Shown here: positions 53,410 through 64,000 of the stretch, piece after piece
Position numbering within the stretch: the first letter of the stretch is position 1
Layout: the number at the start of each line of letters is the position of its first letter
Assembly (NCBI GenBank): GCA_951406725.2
Contig: OX597817.1
Coordinates: 129,704,001 to 129,768,000, forward strand
Reading direction: 5' to 3'
Source of the DNA: Octopus vulgaris
Taxonomy: Eukaryota
DNA length: 64,000 bases
The notes under the pieces: model-generated
Seen by the model: only the letters and a program-made list of their open reading frames with translations
Databases searched by the model: none
What the model was told of the DNA's origin: nothing
Translations under genes and position numbers: made by a program

Positions 53410-53993
53410 TAAGACAGCGAGCTGGCAGAAACGTTAGCACGCCAGGCGAAATGCTTAGCAGTATTTCGTCTGCCGTTACGTTCTAAGTTCAAATTCCGCT
53501 GTGATCGACTTTGCCTTCCATTTTTTCGGGGTCGATAAATTAAGTAGCAGTTACGCACTAGTGTCGACATAATCGACTTAATCCGTTTGTCTGTCCTTGT
53601 TTGTCCTCTCTGAGCTTAGCTTCTTGTATGTAGTAAAGAAATAGGTATTCCGTCTACCGTTACGTTCTAAGTTCAAATTCCGCTGTGATCGACTTTGCCT
53701 TTCATCATTTCGGGGTCGATAAATTAAGTAGCAGTTACGCACTAGTGTCGACATAATCGACTTAATCCGTTTGTCTGTCCTTGTTTGTCCTCTCTGAGCT
53801 TAGCCTCTTGTATGTAGTAAAGAAATGGGTATTCCGTCTACCGTTACGTTCTGAGTTCAAATTCCGCTGTGATCGACTTTGCCTTTCATCCTATCGGGAT
53901 CGATGAAATAAGTACCAGTTAAGTGCTGGGGTCGATGTAATCGACTAGCCCACTTCCCCCAAAATTTCAAGGCTGTGTGCCTAGAGTAGAACG
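53410..53993 (+). mobile_element. Family B SINE with 184-bp internal tandem amplification (about 3 units)
   Basis: Units start GTATT(T/C)CGTCT at 53461, 53645 and 53829. One head, one tail. Confidence 0.85.
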
Positions 53994-54083
53994 GATTCTT
54001 CTTCTTCTTCTTCTTCTTCTTCTTCTTCTTCTTCTTCTTCTTCTTCTTCTTCTTCTTCTTCTTCTTCTACTTCTTCTTCTTCT

Positions 54084-54134
<51 letters not shown>

Positions 54135-54205
54135 TAGTAGTAATAGTCTACCAAGTAGAGACTCCCTCGGTGACTCGCTTATTTATGAGAGAGAGAGAGA
54201 AAGAA

Positions 54206-54242
<37 letters not shown>

Positions 54243-54732
54243 AAGAAAAACGAAAAGAGAGAGAGAGTAGTGAATTATATCGACTCGAGTACAATGGCAG
54301 AACTTTTGGTGCATCGAACAAAATGCTGCAAGGTATTTTTGCTCGACCCCCTACTGATTCTTCTAATTCCCTGCAGTTGATAAAATAAGATAGTACCAGT
54401 ACTGGGACGAAACCAGCGTTTGTTCCATCATCCTGGGCCCTTGTTCTTACAAGTCTCCTTAGAATGGTCTACGGCAAACACTGCAGATAAAAGATGCAAG
54501 TTTACCTGTACAAAAAAAGTATAGAAAAAAGGAGATCAATGAGGGGAGAGCGCAATAATTGCTCCAACAACAAAAACAATTACAATAATAACCATCTGCA
54601 CAACGAAATTTAAATGCTTCCCAAAGGATTGTTTATGTGAAGCTGTCACGTTATCTAAAATAATTGAATGCTTAGCAGGTTAGTAGGTATTATATGAAAC
54701 GTGGTGCAGTGTAGTTCTTCAAAGTCAATAAA

Positions 54733-54792
<60 letters not shown>

Positions 54793-54870
54793 GGTATATA
54801 TATAGCATATGTATACACACGAAGATAGTAAACGCACACATACAGGCACAACCACATATGCTGGGGTATA

Positions 54871-55058
54871 TACGAGGGTGGCGTGCTGAAAAGTTCTTAG
54901 CCTTGAGTAAAAGAAAATACAGGAGAACCAGTTAATTATGATTTTATTCAACATATTCCCCTCTGGGTTTTTACACACTTTTTGCAATGACTCTTCAGTT
55001 TTTCTTAGCTCTATAAAAGAATTCGGAAGCCTGGGCCTCCAACCAGGCCTTTAGCGAT
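54871..55058 (-). mobile_element. mariner 3' end fragment with TIR
   Basis: TACGAGGG..GTGCTGAAAAGTTC TIR. Minus translation LKAWLEAQASEFFY...CKKCVKTQREYVE* matches the mariner KC....G.YVE* end. Confidence 0.7.
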
Positions 55059-55235
55059 ATATATATATATGTAGAGAGAGAGAGAGAGAGAGAGCTACAT
55101 ATACATACAGGCATACATACATACATACATACATACATACATACATACATACATACATACATACATACACACACATATACATATATACGTATAAATATAT
55201 ATATATATAGAGAGAGAGATATACATGTATACATG

Positions 55236-55282
<47 letters not shown>

Positions 55283-55291
55283 ACACATATC

Positions 55292-56492
<1,201 letters not shown>

Positions 56493-57173
56493 TGCGTGTG
56501 TATATATACATACACACACAAACACATATAAACATACACACTTAACAGCATACAGACATAAAGTGAAAGACGTAGACAAACACCCAAAACTTTCACCTAG
56601 GCGTGTGATCTACAGCGAAACTGAACTTCAGCAAAGTTACACAAAATACGCATACATCATTAGTAGCATACATATACTCACAGCATATATACATACTCGT
56701 ATCAACAATTGATTCATGCTTTTATCTTGTTTCTAACAAAGAGGGGATTTCAGTTCAGTGCATGTGTGTATGTCTATGTATGTATGTTTGTATGTGTGTA
56801 TGTATGTATGTATGTATGTTTGTATGTGTGTATGTATGTATGTATGTATGTATGTATGTATGTATGTATGTATGTATGTATGTATGTATGCATGTACGTA
56901 TATATATATACGTATACATGTATGTAAATTTATATATGTATTTATATATACATACATAAATATTTGAATATATATACATATATGCATACATAAATATTTG
57001 AATATATATACATATATGCATACATAAATACTGTGTGTATGTGTGTATATGTGTGCATGTGTGTGTATGTATATATGCGTATATGTGTGTGCGTGTAAAC
57101 ACACACAAAAAATATATGCTACTGCAACACAGCTTATTTCGAACTTATTTAGATGCATTTATTTAGATATAAC

Positions 57174-57218
<45 letters not shown>

Positions 57219-57449
57219 TAATAATAATAATATGTACATGTGTGTTTGTATATATGTGGTTTTGTAAGTGAATTTGTGCCTGCATACATATAACTTTTTC
57301 ATTATTCATAAGTGTACGTATGTACGCGTGTTTGTGTTTTCGTGATTGTTGGTGGTTTTAAATTAATTCCAGGAATCTGATGAAAAGAAAATATGAAATA
57401 CATAATTACTGTTCAACCTTTACTGGAAAGAAATATAATTTATAATTCA

Positions 57450-57495
<46 letters not shown>

Positions 57496-57600
57496 AACAC
57501 ACACGCGCATACACACATATATGCATATATGCATATGTTTGTGTGTGCATGCGTGTGTTTGTGTGTATATATATATATATATGTATATATATGTATATTT

Positions 57601-57661
<61 letters not shown>

Positions 57662-57955
57662 TGTGTGTGTAAAATACAAGAAAAACACATCAGTTTTCTT
57701 GAATTCTCCAAAGTTTTTTCTTTTCTCGCTCTCCATTTCCCTTCTCTTTAACATTTTAAGGTCTCCGTAGAAAGCTAAATTGAAAAAAGTAGGGATCTTA
57801 AATTGGGGTAAGAAGGTTTTCCATATGTTGAAAATCTCATTTACAGAAAGAATCAAGAGAAGCCATGAATTTTAATAGGGTGGTGAGAAAAATTATGTAC
57901 AAAAACAATTATAGGAATTGTATCAACAGACAATGTACATGTAATGATAGGGTAT

Positions 57956-57995
<40 letters not shown>

Positions 57996-58236
57996 ATACA
58001 GATTCATTAATAGAATATATGTAAAACACACACACATCACACTCACATAAACATATAAATATATAATTACATACATGCACATATAAGTAATACATACAAA
58101 CACACACACACATACATACATACATTTATGTTTCATGCACTCATGCATGTGTGTAAATGTATATATACATGTGTGTATTTGACAGTGACTTCTGTTTCTT
58201 GATGGAATATTCAAAGTCTAATGTATGTGTATGGGT

Positions 58237-58300
<64 letters not shown>

Positions 58301-58530
58301 CGTATATGTATACACATACATACATGCATACGTACATATTTCAAGGTTATATCTTAATAAATAGGATTTAAAAACATAACGTTGACTGGCAAAAAGACTG
58401 AACACGCAATTACTATAAGGGTGATAGTGACTTCGAATTTTCACAAAGAATGCATGTCTAAAACGTTGATGCCAACGAAAGTTCGAAGTAATAGACATTA
58501 TTCTAGTGTCTGATATACATACATACATAT

Positions 58531-59172
58531 ACGGATCCTAAGAACATTCAGAACCAGAGATAAGGAAACCATGATGGTCCTCTGGTGGACATTCGTCCTC
58601 AGCTGCCTGGATTACTGCTCACAGCTATGGTCACCCACCAGTATGAAATTAACAGCGGACCTTGAAGCAATCCAGAGAAGATTTACAAAGAAGATCGTCT
58701 CTTTGCAACAGCTCAGCAACTGGGAAAGGTTGAAACAGCTAAGACTCTACTCCCTGGAGAGAAGACGGGAGAGGTATGCAGTAATATATATCTGAAAGAT
58801 CCTGGAAGGAACTGTGCCAAATTATGGCTACACCAATGCCAGAACGGGACGACACTGCATAGTGCCAAAGATCCCAGCAATGCCATCACGCTTCAGGACC
58901 AGTTACTGCAGCAGCCTCGGTTTCAAGGGACCACAGCTTTTTAATATTCTCCCAAAGAGTCTGAGGAACTGGCAAAAAGTAGATGTAGGGGTTTTTAAAT
59001 CAAAGCTGGACCTCTTCCTGTCGAGATTCCCAGATGAGCCTGCCTCACGGCAAGGCTCATGAGGGTAACTACATCAAACTCCATTCTTCATCAAATGCCA
59101 CATATTAGAAGAGGCTCTTAGTGTAGCGCAAAACGGCGGTGCATCAGAATGGCCGAAGGTCTGAGCTGAAAC
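58531..59172 (+). mobile_element. CR1-group LINE 3' fragment
   Basis: ILRTFRTRDKE...LDYCSQLWSP...LEAIQRRFTK...WERLKQLRLYSLERRRER...GPQLFNILP...FKSKLD, then a short 3' UTR and TA tail. Confidence 0.85.
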
Positions 59173-59174
59173 TT

Positions 59175-59214
<40 letters not shown>

Positions 59215-59356
59215 TACACACCCGTCTTCGTCGTTTGCCTTTTTGTAAATTCTCACTATATATATAAATCTGTATGTACGTATGCATGCGTGCGCGCGCG
59301 CGTGTGTACCAAATACACTGGGGATCTTTCTAAGGTAACATGTCAATAGGTTCACA

Positions 59357-59866
<510 letters not shown>

Positions 59867-60189
59867 AGCCATGTCATCATCTTTGACATCACCTGATCTT
59901 TCAACTGTATCTGTTATGTAAAACTTCTACTACCGAATTTACTCGCTTATAAACTCAAAATATTTCTCGTCTCTTGGGTCGACAGCTATCTCTCCTATCG
60001 CAGTATTGCAGAGTGTCAACGAAGCTGTTTTGTTTCTCACTCTGTTTACCTCAGTGTTTGGTTTTGACTCATAGTTTTTTTTCCTCATTCAATGACCTAC
60101 AAGCCGTCACGTTCAACAATACTCATTCCCGCTCAGAGAAAACTACACTACATCATACTACACCAAACATGCACTGATTCCATTGGCAG

Positions 60190-60855
60190 AGATTTAAAAG
60201 AGCATTTCAATGGATGTATGCTAATCGTGACTCTTTGAATAACAAGAAAACACAAGCACTACTCATATCAGTTTAAAATTTTGGCACTAACGTAGCAAGT
60301 TCGTGTGGGGTAGAGAGGGTAAATTGTTTACATCGGTCCTAGTGTTCAACTTCTTTTATCGATCTCGAAAGGATGAAAGGCAAAATCGGCCTAGGCGGAA
60401 TTTGAACTCAGAACGTAAAGACGAACGAAATGTTGCTAAGTATTTTTCCCGATGTGCGAACCATTCTTCCAGCTTGCCACCTTGCAAACCCTAATCATAT
60501 CAATAAACTCCTTAAATATGGATAATATACAGCTTGAACCCACACAATCGCACCAAATTTTGGGCCTCAATATCATTGAGGATATCTGGTTAAAGCGCAA
60601 ATCTAACATGGCTAGAATTGCATCCGAACGACTGCCTCTTTTATTTAGAGCCGGAAGATACTTAGATCCCGATAGATATTAACACTTTACAAAAACCAGG
60701 TAAAGCCCGGATTAGAGTATTGCTCTCTCGTCGGGGATGGTCGGCTGCTACACACAGAGACATCTTAAGATTGCAAACAGAAAATAGCATGCTCAACCGA
60801 ATTGCATTAAATCATTTATAGACTCACTCCAGCCTTTGATGCGCAGGTGTGCCAC

Positions 60856-60926
<71 letters not shown>

Positions 60927-61200
60927 CTCTCTCTTCTTTCTCCCTCTGCTTTATCTACCGCTATTGTAATGGTTTCTTTTCCTTGAAATTGGTTGGGCTT
61001 AAGCCAACTGTACTCAGGAATTCTTTCCCCCCTCCCTCGTATTTACTATCACTCACATTGTGTCCAACTAGCCGGAATTAGCCCCAGATTAATCTCTCCA
61101 GTTCTTCCTTTCCGGAACATTAATCCCCTGGAACTTCCTTCTTACTCATGCCTTTGCTGCAGGTATTGACTTGCAATGGTTCAAGAAGCGCATTAATAGT
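60190..61200 (+). pseudogene. Old CR1/Zenon-like LINE RT 3' fragment, interrupted by a SINE and a microsatellite
   Basis: QW..AN...NNKKTQ, QILGLNI, LTLYKNQVKPGLEYCS, LQPL..R...SLCFIYRYCNG. Many frameshifts. Confidence 0.65.
60271..60483 (-). mobile_element. SINE family B nested in the LINE remnant
   Basis: Family B core. Imperfect TSD C(A/C)CTA(C/A)TCATATCA on both sides. Confidence 0.7.
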
Positions 61201-61499
61201 ATGAATCCGACCCCTCTATGTCGCTCTGCAAAAGCCAAAAATTCTGTCCCTTTTTCCGGACAATAGCACATAAAAAATTTTAAAAAAGTAAAAACAATTG
61301 GAAAACCATTACATGATCACTGGGCCTGCTAGAAGGAGCAGCCAAATTACTGTAAACTATAGCCTATCATATACTAAAAGAAAGATACATTCGTTTATGC
61401 AATCGTACTTATTTTGAAAAGACGTGAAAGTCAAGTGTGAAGCACCTTTGGTCATAGGCCAACAAGCCGTAGCTGACATGAGGATAAACGACAGTAACA

Positions 61500-61745
61500 T
61501 AATGATGATGATGATGATGATGATATTGTCGTGGTGGTAGTGGTAGCGGAGGTAGTAGTGGCAGTGTTGATGGTAGTTGTGGTAATGAGGACGATAGTGA
61601 TGATGTGATAGTGTTACTTATATTGATAGCAGCAGCAGCAGCAGTAGTTGTAGTGGTAGTAGTAGTAGTATTAGTATTAGTATTAGTAGTAGCAACAGCA
61701 TTAGTAGTGGTGGTAGTAGTAGTAGTATTAGTAGAGGTAGTAGAG

Positions 61746-61782
<37 letters not shown>

Positions 61783-62075
61783 AGGTAGTGGTGGTAATGG
61801 TGGTGGTGGTGGTGGTGGTTGTGGTAGTAGTAGTAGTAGTTTTAGTAATAGTAGTAGTAGTAGTAGTAGTAGTTTTAGTAGTAGTGGTGGTGGTGGTGGT
61901 GGTGGTGATGATGGTGGTGGTGGTTGTGGTGTTGTTGTTGGTGGTGGTTGTGGAGGTGGTTGTGGAGGTGACTGAAATTTTATTAAGCGGGAATTAAGAG
62001 AGACATCGAGAGAAATTTAATAAAGTTGAAGTAAAAAAAAAGAACATCAGGAAACAATAAAATCATCATTATCTG

Positions 62076-62122
<47 letters not shown>

Positions 62123-63180
62123 ACAACAACAACAACAGCAGCAGCAGTAGCAGTAGTAGCGACAACGACAACAGCAACAGACCATCTTGAAACAATAAAT
62201 CGAGGAAAAATAAGAAAATATTTGGAACATGTGTCTCACCGCACAGATATGTTGTTGGCGGCGTACTGAAGTGTCTGAGTAATGGTGGGAGGCAGAGTTA
62301 TAGTGATGGTAATAGCAGTGGGTGTTGGTCGCGAGTGGTGGATATGGTGATGGTGGTGGTAGTGGTGGTGGTGGGGGGAAGAGTTGTGATGAAGGTAGTG
62401 TGGTGGCAGCGAGAGTGGTGATAATGGTGGTGGTGGTGGTGGTGATGGTGGCAGTGACGGTATGGTATACAGTGTATGTGGTGATGACGGTGTTAGTGCT
62501 GCTGGCGATTGAAACTGTAGTTTTGGCTAGCTCAGATGGTGGTGTTGTGGTATAGGTTTCGGTCATGATGGTGAGCGATAGTGATGATAATAATGGGGTG
62601 TTTGTGTGGCGTCAAGGATTGTGGTATATGACCAGTGGAAGTAGTGGTGTTGCGGTGGTTGTGATGGTGGTGGTGATATGTTCAGTGATGGAGGTGTTAC
62701 TCATTACTGTGGTAATGTTTGAGCTAATGCAACCTTGTAGTTAGTTGTAGTGGTGGCGGTAGTGGTTGTGGTGATGTTAGTAGTAGTGGTGGTGGCGTTG
62801 GGAGTGGTGGTGGTGGCATTGAGAGTGATGGTATGACGTTGGCCGTGGGGTGATAGCTTTAGTAGGAAGGTGTTGGCGTTGGGAGTGATTGTGGAAGTGG
62901 TAGTAGTGATGGTGGTTGTGGTAGTAGTGGTGGTGGTGGCGTTGGGAGTGATAGTTATTGTGGTGGTGTTGATAGGGATGGTATGGCGCTGTAGTGATAG
63001 TGGTAGTGGTGGTAGTGGTAGCAGTGATGGTGGTGGCGGTGTTGGTAATGATAGTGGTGGCGTTGGGAGTGATGGTGTAGCGTTGGTAGTGATAATGGTG
63101 ATGTTGGTAGTGATGGTAGCAGTGGTGTTGATTCTGGCGATGGTGTGATCGTGGCGGTGATGGTTGTAGGGGGATGGCTG
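61500..63180. repeat. Extended GTA/GTG/GAT trinucleotide low-complexity region
   Basis: Directly visible. Recurrent GGCGTTGGGAGTG unit at 62790-63075. Confidence 0.85.
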
Positions 63181-63569
63181 CGATAGCGGTGATATATTTG
63201 AAGTACTGTCTTTTGTAGAAGCACCTGTAATTCTAACGGAGAGTTCGTTGCGGGGCAGCGTAGTTTGTAGATGTGTTCGTAGTAGGGGTGTCTGCAGTGT
63301 GGTGATGATAGCTACAAAATTGTGATGTTGTTTGTAGTGCTGTCGTGGGTAAGACTTCACACTGCATCCCGGTAGTAGGACCTTGGTTCGAAAATTCTAG
63401 GGTTTTGAAGGGTGAGGAACCACTTCTTAGCCGCTATTGCTCTCAGATCTATTCTGACCCGAAGTTATTGGAGCTGTTAGGGTCCCAGTTATATGTTAAC
63501 TAGTACGTGTACCACCCACTTCAAACTCTGGCTACATCTGCTCCGATAATCGGCGGTGATTTGATCAGT

Positions 63570-63925
63570 GAATCCTTTACGACAGTCGACGGCAAGATGA
63601 GCTGCTACGGATCACACTAATCCAAAGTGTGTATGCATGTGACCAGGGGCCACAAGTGAACTGTATTCCCACTGAAACAATGAACTTTACATCTCAACAA
63701 CGAATGATGATTGCGACTACAGGGTTCGCGCTATCTGACACTCCTGATCTCCATGTGGGACTCTTGTCAATTTTGCGAGCTAGGTTTTGGGGTTGCAGAT
63801 CAAAGCGTTACTTTGCCTGCTTGAACGTTTGGGCCGACCGCCGGATGTGGTCAGCATTCGTGAGGGATATGGTGAATTCGTTGGTTGGAGTCGACTCAAC
63901 TCCGGGTGAATGCCACTGAAAGTAG
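63570..63925 (+). pseudogene. Degenerate RTE-clade LINE 3' end
   Basis: DRRMWSAFVRDMVNS.....STPG followed by TGAATGCC..AAGTA, resembling RTE DR..W...VRD.V termini. Confidence 0.5.
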
Positions 63926-64000
63926 TAGTGTTCTAGTGTTATACCTTTTGATTTTTGTTTTTGTTTTTATGGTTGCTTCCTTCGGTGTCTGTATTTGGGT

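Noticed and set aside
53461-53993. CRISPR-like array (also considered for 28140-28770)
   Set aside because: No constant short repeat with unique spacers, no cas genes, and the context is eukaryotic SINE/minisatellite DNA.
57374-57410. CTGATGA-N11-GAAA hammerhead-like motif
   Set aside because: Helix II cannot pair and the region is very AT-rich, so chance is likely.

Overview
AT-rich eukaryotic genomic DNA, intergenic or intronic, saturated with microsatellites and transposable elements. The repeat make-up (tRNA-derived SINEs, R4/Dong LINE in TAA repeats, RTE, CR1, Penelope, Tc1/mariner) suggests a coleoid cephalopod such as Octopus; this is inference. I found no host protein-coding gene, rRNA, intact tRNA or CRISPR array, and most ORF-track entries are microsatellite artefacts. 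Recognisable coding remnants are a 5'-truncated R4/Dong retrotransposon (44305-46862), a Tc1 with an internal deletion (55292-56344), a mariner built from two inverted 5' ends (49733-50611), a Penelope GIY-YIG fragment (about 22 kb) and several RTE and CR1 fragments. The most interesting signal is a set of minimal hammerhead-ribozyme-like motifs (CUGANGA...GAAA...UH). They occur downstream of the Penelope endonuclease, in a non-coding repeat family abutting (TA)n, and on both arms of a roughly 170-bp palindrome. Also notable are two other long palindromes, a TAA-embedded non-coding element with a 278-bp internal duplication, LTR-like repeats around a LINE RT fragment, and a shared SINE/CR1 3' tail. 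All calls were made by eye, so boundaries are approximate.
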